This document shows, piece by piece, positions 43,992 to 55,365 of a stretch of 64,000 bases of DNA. Numbering within the stretch: the stretch's first letter is position 1; the number at the start of each line of letters is the position of its first letter. Under the pieces are notes generated by a model that was not told where the DNA came from, did not search any database, and was given only the letters and a program-made list of their open reading frames with translations. Made by a program: the position numbers and the translations under genes. The stretch covers positions 4,278,001-4,342,000 of the forward strand of contig CAKKNE010000003.1 of the NCBI GenBank assembly GCA_918797485.1, given 5' to 3'. Source of the stretch: Pelagomonas calceolata. Lineage: Eukaryota.

Positions 43992-45812
43992 ATGCCCATG
44001 CTCCAGTACGCCGAGGTCGACGAGAAGGCCTGGCGGCCCTTAGAGATCCAGGAGCGGCTCGACGCCTACTATTCCTTCCGGGAGGCGCGCCACGAGGAGC
44101 TGAAGCCGCTGCCGAAGAAGGCGGACCCCTTCGCGCACCGCGAGCTCAGCTTCATCCCCGCCGAGTCGCTGGGCACGCTGCCCGAGACGGCGCACATGAC
44201 CATCGCCGCGCGCCGGGCGTTCTTCAACCCCAAGAGCCGCGAGGAGATCATCGCGGACCTCGAGAAGCGCCGGCTCGAGGCCGAGGCGCGCCAGGCCGCG
44301 CGGGAGGAGGCGGAGCGGCTCGCCCTGCGGGAGGCCGAGGCCGCGGCCGAGGCCGAGGCCGCGCGCCTCGAGGCGGAGCAGGACGCCGCGGACGAGGCCG
44401 CCGGCAAGAAGAAGAAGAAAAAGCGGAAGAAGAAGAAGAAGGCCGCGGGCGGCAGCCGGCCCGCGTCGGCGGCCGTCGAGCGGCCCAAGGTCGCGGCCGC
44501 GAAGCGGCCGCTCAGCGCGCCGGCGAAGATCGCGCGGGCCCTGCCCATCCGGACCTACGCGACGGAGTTCCGGGGCGCGGTGCGCGGCCTGCCGGACGCG
44601 CCGACCTGCGACGTCAAGGCCGCGCCCGGGTCGCGGACGGGCCACCGCTCCGCGATCCTGTCGGACAAGGAGGTGTACGCGGTCAAGGAGCCGAGCGTCG
44701 AGGACGGCCCCGTCGACCCGGACCCGACGCCGCGGAACGCGGACGGCACGCCGCGCGAGCACCGGACCGTCGAGTTCACGGGCACGCTGCTCATGCGGCT
44801 CACGAGCGCGACGCCCTGGGCGAACGTGCGCTACACGCTCGACGGCAGCGCGGTCAAGCGCACGTCGCGGATCTACCGACGGCCGCTCGAGCTGAGCAAC
44901 CACTGCGTCGTGCGCTGCGTGACGTCGAAGCGGGGCTGGTCGTCCGGCGAGCTGATCGTGCGCTTCGTGCGCATGGCCGACAAGCGGGGCATCAAGGAGA
45001 AGATGCTGAACGCGGCGAAGCGCGGCGCGGCGCTCGGCCTCGTGGACCAGCGGCGCATCTCCCGGGGCGACGCGCCCGACGCCGTCGAGGACATGGACGA
45101 CACGCAGCTGCTCCTGCGGGCGGTGCTCGCGCAGGACGTGCCCTCCGTGCGGGAGATCGTCAGCGGCGGCGCGGCGTCGCCCGACGGCGGCGGCCTGGGG
45201 ACGCCGACGCCGCTGGTGCTGGCCTGCGAGAAGGGCGCGACGCTCGTCGCCCAGGTGCTGGTCGGCCACAAGGCCGCGATGCAGCTCCCCGCGGAGGGCA
45301 TGGTGACGCCCCTGCAGGCGGCCTGCGGCGCCGGCGCGCTCGCGTGCGCCCGGCTGCTGATCGACGCGGGCTGCCCGCCGACGGGCGGCGCGGCGGACGA
45401 AATGGGGCGCGTCGCGATCCACCGGGCCGCCGCCCGGGGCGCCGCCAAGTGCTGCGAGGCGCTGCTGCGGGCCGGGGCCGCCGTCGACGCCGCGGACAAG
45501 GAGGGCGACCAGGCCCTCCACGCCCTGTGCGCGAACGTGGCGGGCCCGGCGGCGGGCGAGCTCCCGCGCGGCATGGAGGTGCCCGACTACCTGGCGTGCG
45601 CCAAGGTCCTCGTCGACGCCGGCGCGCCGCTCGAAGCGAAGGGCGCCGGCAAGAAGCCCCTGGCGCTCGCCGCCCTGCGGGCGGCGTCGGCGACGTCCAC
45701 GGCGCAGGCGGACCTGGCCAACGCCCTCTCGGAGCTGCTGCTGGCAGCGGGCGCGAAGCCGCCGCCGCCGCCGGGCGAGGAGAAGAAGGGCGGCGGCAAG
45801 AAGAAGAAGTAG
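43992..45812 (+). CDS. Protein with coiled coil, FN3-associated/chitobiase C-terminal-like domain and ankyrin repeats
   Basis: LTSATPWANVRYTLDGS...IYRRPLEL; ankyrin motifs TPLVLAC, TPLQAAC, GRVAIHRAA, GDQALHAL. Confidence 0.8.
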   Translation: MPMLQYAEVDEKAWRPLEIQERLDAYYSFREARHEELKPLPKKADPFAHRELSFIPAESLGTLPETAHMTIAARRAFFNPKSREEIIADLEKRRLEAEARQAAREEAERLALREAEAAAEAEAARLEAEQDAADEAAGKKKKKKRKKKKKAAGGSRPASAAVERPKVAAAKRPLSAPAKIARALPIRTYATEFRGAVRGLPDAPTCDVKAAPGSRTGHRSAILSDKEVYAVKEPSVEDGPVDPDPTPRNADGTPREHRTVEFTGTLLMRLTSATPWANVRYTLDGSAVKRTSRIYRRPLELSNHCVVRCVTSKRGWSSGELIVRFVRMADKRGIKEKMLNAAKRGAALGLVDQRRISRGDAPDAVEDMDDTQLLLRAVLAQDVPSVREIVSGGAASPDGGGLGTPTPLVLACEKGATLVAQVLVGHKAAMQLPAEGMVTPLQAACGAGALACARLLIDAGCPPTGGAADEMGRVAIHRAAARGAAKCCEALLRAGAAVDAADKEGDQALHALCANVAGPAAGELPRGMEVPDYLACAKVLVDAGAPLEAKGAGKKPLALAALRAASATSTAQADLANALSELLLAAGAKPPPPPGEEKKGGGKKKK

Positions 45813-46217
45813 CGGCGGCGGCGCGTAAGACGCCCGTGGAGTGTTCCGGTGCCGGGGTTTCGCGTAGTGCGGCTAGCCCCTCTCGCGCGGACCCCGGATG
45901 CGTCGCCACAGCGCAGGCCTTCGCTCCCCCGATTCGCCGATGATCAACGATGGTTAGTAACTCTGTCCTAGCCCGACGGATGGGTCCCGGAGGAGCGGGA
46001 GCGACTAGTCACTAGAACTAGAACCCAAACCAAACCGAGCGTTTCGTGCGGGGTGTGGGGGGCTAAAAACCCGTCGTCGTCGAGAAGAGATTATAATATT
46101 ACTCGGCTCTGAGCAGAGTTAATACACTATATAGGACCCCTTTGGTCGGCGCGGCGGCGGGCACGGATTGCACTCAGAACTCCGGGGGCAGCGTCGCGGC
46201 GCTCAAGCTGCCGCCCC

Positions 46218-48149
46218 ATGCCGCCCCCCCCGCCGCCGCCGCCCCCCGAGGACGCCGGCGACGACGCGCGCGCCTCGGCGGCGGCCGCCCTGCGCGCCCG
46301 GTACGCGCGGAGCCTCGGCGGTGCGCCCGAGTACGGCGGCACGGACCGCCGGCGGCGCGCGGCGCCGGCGCGGTCGCCGGAGTCGCCGCCGCCGGCCCGC
46401 CGACGCTCGCCGCGCGCGGAGGGGGGTGGCGGGCGGCGGACGGAGGGCGACGGCCCGGCGCCGCGGCGCCGGCCGACCGCCAGCGACGACGGCGACGACG
46501 AACACGCGGCGCCTCGGCGCGTGGGCTCTCCGAGGACCGGCGGCGACCGGACGCCGCCGCGCCGCTGGGGCGACGGGTCGCGCGAGGCCGCGGACGACCC
46601 GGCGCCGCGCCGCCGCGACCGCCGCGCCGCCGACGACCGGACGCGGCGCCGGCGTGACGACGGGAGGCGCGACGCCGCCGCAGCCGACGCCGGCGACGGC
46701 TCGCCCGCCGCGGGCGGCGCCGAGGCGTCCCCGCGGCGCCGGCACCGGGGGCGCAATGGCGCCGCCGGCGGCTCGCCGCGCCGGTCGCGCTCGCCCGCGG
46801 CCGCAGCCGGCGCCGACGCGCCCCCGCGGCGCCGGGACCGGAGGCGCGGCCGCGACGGCGACGGCTCGCCGCGCCGGTCGCGCTCGCCCGCGGCCGCAGC
46901 CGGCGCCGAGGCGCCCCCGCGTCGCGACGGCGACGACGCGGTCGGCGCGCGCCTCGACGACGCGCTGGCGCGGGGCCTCGCGCGCCGGGACGCGGCCGCG
47001 GCCCGCGCGACCGCGGGCGCGGCGGCGAAGACGCCCGCCGTCTTCGACGGGCGCGCCATCCCGTTCGTGCTGCGGCGGCTCCACGCCTTCGTGACCGCGC
47101 CGGCGCCGGGCGGCGGCGCCACGGTCGTGCGCTGCTTCATCGAGCGGACGCGGTCGGGCGCGCACGCGCTCTTCCCGCTCTACAAGCTCTACGCGGACCA
47201 CGAGGACGGCACGGGCCGCCTGCTGCTGGCCGCCCGCAAGGTGCCCGCGGCGTCGCCCTACTACGCCATCTCGACCGCGGCGTCCGACGCTGCGTGGAAC
47301 TCAACCAGTGAGTCCGGTTATCCCGAGATGTATTGCGGGGACCTTGGTGAACCTCCACGCCATCGAACCGACGCGGTCGCGGCGACACCGCCGCGTTGAC
47401 GGCGTGGGGCGCCCGAAATTTGATGCCCACGCAGGTCCGACGTCTACAAGGCGCGCGCCAAGCGGAGCAGGCACTACCTCGGCAAGCTGCGCGCCGCGCC
47501 GGCGGCCGCGGCGGCGCCGCGCGAGTACGTCCTCTACGACGCGGGCGGCCGCGCGGACGACGCGCGGCGGCGGGCCCTGCGCCGCGAGCTCGCGGCCGTC
47601 GTCTTCGGCGGGCCGGCGCGCCGCTTCGAGGTGGCGCTGCCGCGCGCGCGCTGGCGCGCGCGCGGGCCGGACGAGGGCCGCGACGCGGAGGCGCTGGACC
47701 CCGGCGTCGCGACGGTCCGCGAGTTCCGGCCCGCCGAGCCGGCGGCGGGCCTGCGGCACGCGTTCGACGTCGTCCGCGGCCGCGGCGCCCAGAACGTGCT
47801 CGACGCGGACTCGGTGTACGTCGCGCACGCGCGGACGTCGAAGTACGACCCGCTGTCGAGCTGCCTCGTCGACTTCCGCGCGCGCGCGGCCGTCGCCTCG
47901 GTCAAAAACTTCCAGCTCGTCGCGTCGGCGCCGGTCGAGGCCCACGAGCGGCGCGCGTACTACGACCGCGACGGCGAGGGGCGCGGCCTCGCGGACGACG
48001 ACGCGGCGCTGCCCGTCGTGCTCCAGATGGGCAAGGTCGGCAAGGACTGCTTCAACATGGACTACACGTTCCCCTTCTCGATGCTCCAGGCGTTCGCCGT
48101 GTGCCTGGCGCGCTTCGACACGGGCGTGCCGCTCGCGACGACGCGCTAG
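46218..48149 (+). CDS. Tubby-like protein (2 exons: 46218-47281, 47435-48149)
   Basis: VRCFIER...FPLYKLY...LLLAARK, YLGKLR, ASVKNFQL, LQMGKVGKDCFNMDYTFPFSMLQAFAVCLARFD. Confidence 0.9.
47290..47434 (+). mobile_element. Introner element (145 bp, GT-AG intron 47282-47434)
   Basis: Perfect 8-bp TSD GTCCGACG at 47282-47289 and 47435-47442; TIR CTGCGTGG...CCACGCAG. Confidence 0.93.
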
Positions 48150-48533
48150 CACGCGTCCGGTAAGATGTATATACTAGTAGTTGCGCGCGCATGGTTGTCC
48201 GGGTCGGGCGACAACAGGCTAAGTATTGGCGTGTCACGTTCCGTGTCACTTTGGTTTGGCCCTGGGGTTGGCGTGGTCCGGGGGCCCTGGGGTTGGCGTC
48301 CGTTGTGGCAACGGCCTCTTGTCCACTCATAAATCTCCCAACTTTATCTTAGCTTCACTATCCTAGTTATTTCAACTATACTTGAATACCCGGCCGTAGG
48401 TACCTACGGTACGGTCCGTACCTACGGTAGGTCCGTAGGTACCGTACCATAGGTAGGTACCGTAGGTACCTGCGGCACCGATCTGGACCTGCTGCAGCAC
48501 GGCAAAGGAGAGCGGGGCCTTTTCGTTCGCTTG

Positions 48534-51500
48534 ATGGACGACCGGGCCCTCATCGACGAGTATCGCGCCTGGTGCGCGGCGCACCTCCACCCGCGGCGCG
48601 GCGCGACCCTCGTCCGCGCGCTCGAGGACGTCGTCAGCGCCGAGCTGAAGCGCGGCGACCCGTCGCGCCTCGTCGAACGCATGCGCGCCGGCGCGCTCGA
48701 CCAGGCGGCGATCGCGGCCGTCGTGGAGCGGCGCGGCCCCGCCACGGTGCTGGGGCAGCGCGACGCGCGGCGCTACGGGTCGCACCGCGCCGTCGAGCTC
48801 GCGCTGCGCCACTTCGTCGCGTGCGCGCAGCTGCGCCGCGCGCGGCCGGGCCGGCGCGCGGTCTCGGCCGAGGAGCTCGCGTTCTTCGACGACGGGGACG
48901 GCGCGGAGGCGGCCGCGGCGGCGCCCGGGTCGCCGGCGCCGGCGGCGCCGGCCGGGCCGCAGCCCTTCCGCGACGCCTTCGACGAGGCCCAGTACGTCCT
49001 CGAGGAGGCCGTCGCGGCCGGCGCGGAAACCCCGCCGCCGACGGGCGCGCGCCCCCACCGCGCCGCGCCGCGCAGGTCGCGGAGCACGTCCACGCGCGCC
49101 CGACGGCGCCCGCCGAGCTCGCGCGCGCGATCGGCGACGCCGCCGCCCTCGCCGCGACGCTGCGCGGCGCCCGGCTCGCGCCCGCGCGCGCGCGCCTGCG
49201 CGAGGTCCTCGCCCGGTACGACTGCACGGCGGCGACGCTCGCGGGCGGGTCGCTCGAGGCCTTCGTCGCGGCGCGCGTCGAGGGCGGGCGCTTCGCGCTC
49301 GCGGGCCGCGCCGGCCAGCGCCACCGGCCGCTCGTCGTCGCGCGCGAGGCCTTCGACGGCTTCCCCGCGCCCCGCGACGCGGCCGGCGCGGCGCTGGTCG
49401 ACGGCGCGGTCGCCGAGCTCGTGGCCGCGGCGGACGACTGCCGCGTCGGCGACTGCGCGCGCGCGCGGCGTCCCCCCCGCCGCCGCGGCGACCGCGCACG
49501 ACGACCCGACGCCGCGCAGGTCGCCTTCGTCGAGCGCCTCCTCGCGGGCGGCGGCGGCGGCGGCGGGCCGCGCGCGGCGCTCGCGCGGCGCTGGGTCCGC
49601 GACCGCGGGCCGCCCGTCGACTGGCGCGTCCTCGGCGCGCCGCCCGCGGAGCGCGTCCGGCGGCACGCCAAGCTCGCGTGCGACGGGAACGACCTCTCGG
49701 CCGCCGCGCGCGTCGTCCCCCGCCCCGCGGGCCCGGGCCCGTCCGCGTCCGTCTGGGGCGACGAGGGCTTCGCGGACGCGCACTCGCACCCGGCTCGACC
49801 GGGATCGCCGGACGGGCACGGCGACGCGGACGGCTTCCCGCCGACGCCCTACGACGCGCTGCAGCGCCGCGTCGAGGAGGCCGCCGCGGAGAGGCTGGAA
49901 GCGGAGCGCCACGCGCGCCTGCCGCTCCACCTCCTGACGCGCGCGCTCGCGTCGGCGGATGCCCTCGAGGCGGCCGGCGGCGCGCGGCGGGCCGCGCTCG
50001 CGGCGGAGTTCCGGCGGCACGGCGCGGCGCGCCTCGCCGACCTGACGTCCGGCGCGCGCGCCGCGTCCCCGTCGCGTGTCGCGCGCGGCGCGCGAGAGAC
50101 GCGCGCCCGGCCGCCGCAGGCGAGGACCTCGCGGCCTTCCTCGCCGCGCGCCACGACCGGTTCGAGGTCGACGTGGCGCAGAACGTCACGCTCCGGGGCG
50201 GCCACGCGCCGCAGACGTGGCGGCGCGACGCCGAGGCCCGCGCCGACGCGCGGCTCGCGCGGCTCCTGGAGCGGGGGCCCGTGGCGATCCAGCGGCTGTG
50301 CGAGGACGCCGCGGACCTGCGGGACGCGTTGCAGGGGTCGCTGCCGTCGTACGTGCGCAACTGCGGCCGGTACGCCGTCGAGAGGCGCTGGGACGGGCGC
50401 GCGCGCGTGGCGCCGCGGCGCGAGGACCGGTACGCGGCGCTCCAGCGCGTGGTCGAGGGGGCGGTCGCGAGCGTCTGCGAGGCCGTGGGGCTCGCGCCGA
50501 CGGCCGCGCACGTCGAGGACGTCGTCGGGTCGCGGTCGAAGCTCGACCGGTTCCTGGAGCGGGGCGGCGCGCGGGCGCCGCCGGCGCTGCGGGCGCTGGC
50601 GGACGCCTACCGGGACCGGGACGTCGCGTCGATCCGGAGCCTGTGCTCGGGCTGCCCGTTCCGCGACTGGCTCAACCGGAGGCACGGCCCGTTCCGGACG
50701 GACGCCGCGGGCGTCGTCCAGCGGCGGGCGCCGGAGCGCCGGGACGACGCCATGGAGACGGCCGTGGCGCTGGCGTGCGCCGAGCTCCTGCCCGCGGGGC
50801 ACGCGCGTCGGCCGCGTCCCGCGCGCGCGCCGTCGACGCAGACGCGACCGCCGCGCGCAGGCGTCGACCGTCGGCGCGCTCGACGCGAACCTGCGGGCCG
50901 CGCTGCAGTCCGGCAGCATCAACGGCGCGCCGCTCGGCCCGCGCTGCCGGCGGTTGGTGGACGCGGCCCGGCGACGGAGTTTCGCGACGGCCCTGGAGTG
51001 CTGCGGCCGGCCGCTCGGCGAGTTCCTGAGGCTGTGGTGCGACCGCTTCGACGTGGACGCCGACAACTTCGGGGCCGGCTCCGGCGTGCGGCAGCGGTCC
51101 GGGGACGACGAGGAACCCCGGCGATCGGACGGCGCCCGGCGGCGGTCGCGCTCGCCGCGGCGGCGCTCGCGCTCGCGCTCGCGCTCGCGCTCGCGCTCGC
51201 GCTCGCGGCGGCGGCGCCGGTCGCCGTCGCCGCGTGGGGGGTACGACTGGCCGCGCGCGCGCGGCTACGACCGCCCCCGCGCGCGGCCGCCGGCGCCGGC
51301 GCCGCGCGGCTACGACCGGCCCCGCGCGCGGCCGCCGGCGCCGGCGTCGCCGCGCGGGCGGGCCCCGTCGCCGCAAGGCTACGTCCGGCCGGGGTCCATG
51401 GCCGCGTCGGCGTACTGCTTCCAGTGCGGCAGCGCGGAGCACGCCTCCTGGGCCTGCACGGTGCGGCCCGCGCGGGCGCACAAGATCCTGTGCAGCCACA

Positions 51501-51835
51501 TGCTCGACGCGGGCCGGTGCCCCTTCGGCAGCAAGTGCAACTTCGCGCACGATGCGGTGCCGCCCCATTTGCGGGGGACGGCCGCGGGAAGGGCGGTGGC
51601 GGCGGCCATGCCGGGGAAGCGCTACGCCGCGCCGCCGCCGGCGAGCGCTGGCTGGGGGTCGCCCCCCGCGCAGCCGCCCGCACAGAGCGGCTGGGGCGCG
51701 CCGCCCGCGCCGGCGCCGACGGGCTGGGGCGCGCCGGCCCCCGAAGCCTACCGGCGGGCGCCGGTCCGGAAGGCCTGGGCGCCGTCCGCCGCGCCCGCGC
51801 CCGCGCCCGCGTCGGACCTCGACGCGCTCCTGTGA
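48534..51835 (+). CDS. Multi-exon protein with RS-rich region, CCHC zinc knuckle and CCCH zinc finger (probable RNA-binding)
   Basis: RSRSRS tract, CFQCGSAEHASWAC, CSHMLDAGRCPFGSKCNFAH. Inferred introns 49011-49075 (GT), 49457-49519 (GC, in frame), 50052-50119 (GC), about 50794-50860 (GC, boundaries uncertain). Confidence 0.65.
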
Positions 51836-52162
51836 GTGACGCGTCGCCTAAATGTGTGTACTCCGTAGTGGAGATTCCCACCTGCACTAATATGATCCGA
51901 CCGGTCGAAAAGCAGCAATCCGAGCGCCGAGCGCCTTTTGAACGCGACTCGGACCCTAAAGTCTCCGCCCGGTCGAAATGCAGCTTCCCGCACTGCAGGT
52001 ATAATTTCTACTTCCCGAAGAAGCGGGGGCATCACGATGGACTTTTGCGAGGGGGAATATATATATATACCGACGGGCCCGATTTAGTCGGCCCGGGCCG
52101 GGAACCGAACTTGACTCGGAAGTTACAATTTAATACAAAGGGTAGCGTGATAAGATACTAGT

Positions 52163-53611
52163 TTACAACCCAAAAGGCGACGCGCTCGCGTAGGCCATCG
52201 GCCGCAGCGGCGGGTGCGGCACCGCGTCGTACGTCGTGAACTTGGGCTCGAGCGCCGCCGACAGGTGGATGAAGGCGCCCTTGTTGCCCATGGCGTCGCA
52301 GTAGTTCGGCGCGCTGAAGACCGTGATCAACGACCCGCCGTGCTCGACCTCGTAGCCGTTGTCGCGCACCTCGTGCGACCGGACGACCAAATCTAAACCG
52401 TTTCTCTCGAGGAAGGCCCGCGTCACGTCGGGCCCGAACGACAGGCCCACGCCGCGCTTCGAGGGGCTCCGCCCGTCCTGCGCCTGCGGGTCGCTCCACA
52501 GGAGGTCGCACATCAGGCCCGCGTCGGGCGGCTCCCGGTTCCGGCTCACCTTCCGGACGTCGTCGAGCGTCACGCCGTCGTCCGACGACAGGCCGCCGTG
52601 CGTCACGAACACTTTTTTCTCGACGCACGCCGCCAGCGGCAGCCACTGGAAGCACTCGTGGAAGAGCGCGAGCACCGTCGCGTCGTACTTGTGCCGCACC
52701 TCGCCCTCGAAGCCGTAGATCTTGCTCATGTTCTTCGTTTCGTGGTTGCCCCGGTTGATGTGGACGCCGCCGGGGTGCTGCACCTTCAGCGCGAAGAGCG
52801 ACAGGACGACCTCGAAGCTGAACGAGCCCCGGTCCACCAGGTCGCCGTTGAAGACGTACGGGTTCGAGGAAGAGGGCCGGCCGTTAATCTCGAAGATGTG
52901 GAGCAGGTCGTAAAACTGGCCGTGCACGTCGCCACAGATTGTGATGCGGTCGCGGTCGCCGATCTCGAGATCCACGAGGCTCTTCTCCGCCTCGAGGAGC
53001 TCCTTCGTGCGCAGCAGGATCTGGAGCACGTACTTCCTATGAATGAGCTTCTGCGCCCGGAAGCGCTCCAGCATTTCTGTTATAAATTCGTCCGTCGGCG
53101 CGCCGTCCTCCGGGAGGTGCGGGCCGTCGTAGGCGGCGTCCACGCTTATCGTCGCGACGTCCAGGGACGCGCTGAGCGGCGCCGCGTCTTCGCTCTCGAT
53201 GGCGACCGCGAAGGCCAGCTGCTTCGCGGCGCGCTCGCACTCCTTCAGCTTGAGCCGGGCGTCGCGGTCGTTCGGCCGCAGCTTGCAGACCGCCCGGAAG
53301 TCGCGCAGCGCGAGCTTGTACTTGCCGAGCGCGAAGTTCGCCGAGCCCCGCCGGTAGTACGCCTTGATGTAGCTCGCGTCCAGCCGGATGCTCGCCTCCG
53401 CGTCGGCGATGGCCAGGCCGTAGGACTCGGCCTTGATGTGCGCCATCGCCCGGTTCGAATACAGGACGGGGCTCGACGGGTCGGCCTCGAGCGCGCGCGA
53501 GTAGCAGGAAATGGCCTCGGCGTAGCGGCCGCGCGCCAGCGCGGCGTTGCCCTCGTTCTTCAGGGCGAGGCTGGCGTCGGCGCCATCGCTCCGCGCGTCC
53601 TGCGCCGCCAT
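52163..53611 (-). CDS. PPP5C: Serine/threonine protein phosphatase 5 (TPR + PPP domain)
   Basis: Three TPRs; GDVHGQ, GDLVDRG, RGNHE, HGG, RSHE, FSAPNYCD; C-terminal PMAYA; intronless. Confidence 0.96.
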   Translation of the reverse strand: MAAQDARSDGADASLALKNEGNAALARGRYAEAISCYSRALEADPSSPVLYSNRAMAHIKAESYGLAIADAEASIRLDASYIKAYYRRGSANFALGKYKLALRDFRAVCKLRPNDRDARLKLKECERAAKQLAFAVAIESEDAAPLSASLDVATISVDAAYDGPHLPEDGAPTDEFITEMLERFRAQKLIHRKYVLQILLRTKELLEAEKSLVDLEIGDRDRITICGDVHGQFYDLLHIFEINGRPSSSNPYVFNGDLVDRGSFSFEVVLSLFALKVQHPGGVHINRGNHETKNMSKIYGFEGEVRHKYDATVLALFHECFQWLPLAACVEKKVFVTHGGLSSDDGVTLDDVRKVSRNREPPDAGLMCDLLWSDPQAQDGRSPSKRGVGLSFGPDVTRAFLERNGLDLVVRSHEVRDNGYEVEHGGSLITVFSAPNYCDAMGNKGAFIHLSAALEPKFTTYDAVPHPPLRPMAYASASPFGL

Positions 53612-54027
53612 ATGGCCTCCCGCAGTGCTGGCCTCCCGGTGCTGTGGCTCCCGGTGAGGCGCGCGAGCGGTCGGCCCCGAATCTGTACAGGGGTCGTCCG
53701 AGCGCGTGTTCCAACTGTTATGCGGCGCGCTTTTTGCAAATATTGCAAATTAATACAGGCGAGTAAGAAAAACCCGCACGTGGGCTACTTCGCGCGAACC
53801 CCTCCCGCAATAAGTCTCGCGTAAGTTTGTTTGAGGGCGGCGCTGGTACAAGCTCGTAAGTATCAAGCTCGTAGTTATGCTGTGAACTGCCCGCCTTCAC
53901 TTCGAAATAGCGGGCAACGAGCCTCCGCTTCGACCGCTGGAGCTGCCCGCGCACGCGCTCGGGGTGTTCAGCTGCTGTCAGGAGTAGTTGCGCGTGTTTT
54001 TTCGACCTGTTCGTCGGGGCGCGCGCG

Positions 54028-54876
54028 ATGCTCCAGGCCCCCTTCCCCGTCAACGCCGCGCGCGCCGGCGACCTGCGGGCCGTCACGGCCTGGCGCCAGC
54101 GCTGCGCGACGACGGAGGCCAACCCGGTCGACGCGCGCTTCCCCTTCGACGAGTGGCGGCCGCTGCAGCTGGCGTGCGCCGAGGGCGACGCCGCCGCGGT
54201 CGAGACGATCCTGGCGGCGGGCGCGGCCGTCGACGCCGCCGACCTGTCGCGGATCGCGCCGTGCTCGACCGGGCTGCAGGTCGCCGCGCGCTACGGCCAC
54301 GCCGAGGTCTGCGCGGCGCTCGTCGCGGCCGGCGCGCGCGCCGCCGCGCGCGACCGCCTCGGCTTCGCCGCGCTGGACTACGCCGCGGCGCACGGCCACG
54401 CGCGCGCCGTGGCCGTGCTGCTCGACGCCGACGCGGCCTGCGCGTGCGACCGCGCGCGGGCCGCCGCGCTCGCGCGGCGCGCGGGCTTCGCCGGCGTCGC
54501 CGCGACGCTCGACGCCGCGGCGGCGCGCGCGGCGTCTACGCGGACCGACCGCGACAAACTGAGGCGGTGGGTCGAGTCGATCGGCTGCGGCGCGTTCTTC
54601 GACCGGCTCCTGGCGCTGGGCTACGACTTCGCGCTCGTCGCGGAGCAGGGCCTGGACGCCGCCGACGTGGAGGCGCTGGGGATCCCGGCCGACAAGCCCG
54701 GCCTGGCCAAGAAGCTGCGCACGCGCCACCGCTTCCCCTTCGCGGGCGGCTCCGCGGCGTCCGGCGGCGGCTCGGACGAGGACGACGGCGCGTCCGACGA
54801 CGAGGGCGAGGACGAGAGCGGGTCCGACGACGACGACGAGTCCTCGGGCTCCGGGTCGGGGTCCGAGGAGTCCTGA
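54028..54876 (+). CDS. Ankyrin-repeat + SAM-domain protein with acidic tail
   Basis: PLQLAC, GLQVAARYGH, ALDYAAAHGH; SAM-like LRRWVESIG...DVEALGI...GLAKKL. Confidence 0.75.
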   Translation: MLQAPFPVNAARAGDLRAVTAWRQRCATTEANPVDARFPFDEWRPLQLACAEGDAAAVETILAAGAAVDAADLSRIAPCSTGLQVAARYGHAEVCAALVAAGARAAARDRLGFAALDYAAAHGHARAVAVLLDADAACACDRARAAALARRAGFAGVAATLDAAAARAASTRTDRDKLRRWVESIGCGAFFDRLLALGYDFALVAEQGLDAADVEALGIPADKPGLAKKLRTRHRFPFAGGSAASGGGSDEDDGASDDEGEDESGSDDDDESSGSGSGSEES

Positions 54877-55365
54877 TAATGTTTCCGAGTCAAGATCTCG
54901 AGCTTATTGAGCTACTAGTAGCCCCTGGGCCACTGCGGCAGAACCACGCGGCCGCCCTGTTCAAGAACCGCCTCTACCGTCGCTGGGGCATCAAGACGGC
55001 GCGAGTACGCCCAGATCAAGATCGACGGCCTCCGGCGCGTCGGCGGGACCCGGACTTCACCAACGCGCCCGGGCACGGCGACGACGACGCACGCTTCTAT
55101 GACCGGCAGCAAGCTTACGTACACGCTCGCGGGGGATAGCTCCTCCCACGGTGCTAGCGGCCTAAGACACTAGCAAAATTACTCGAGCGTCGCGGAGCCT
55201 CGCGGAGCCTCGCGTACGCTTGACGCGGTGGCATAATTCGCACTATTCTTAAAAGCGGTGCGGCCTCGCGCGCGTTTAAACGGCGCTGGGCGCCACCCGG
55301 CAACGGGCCGGCCGCGAGCGGCATTGAGCCCCGCGGCGGCACCAGCGAAATCGACGCTATAGGCG

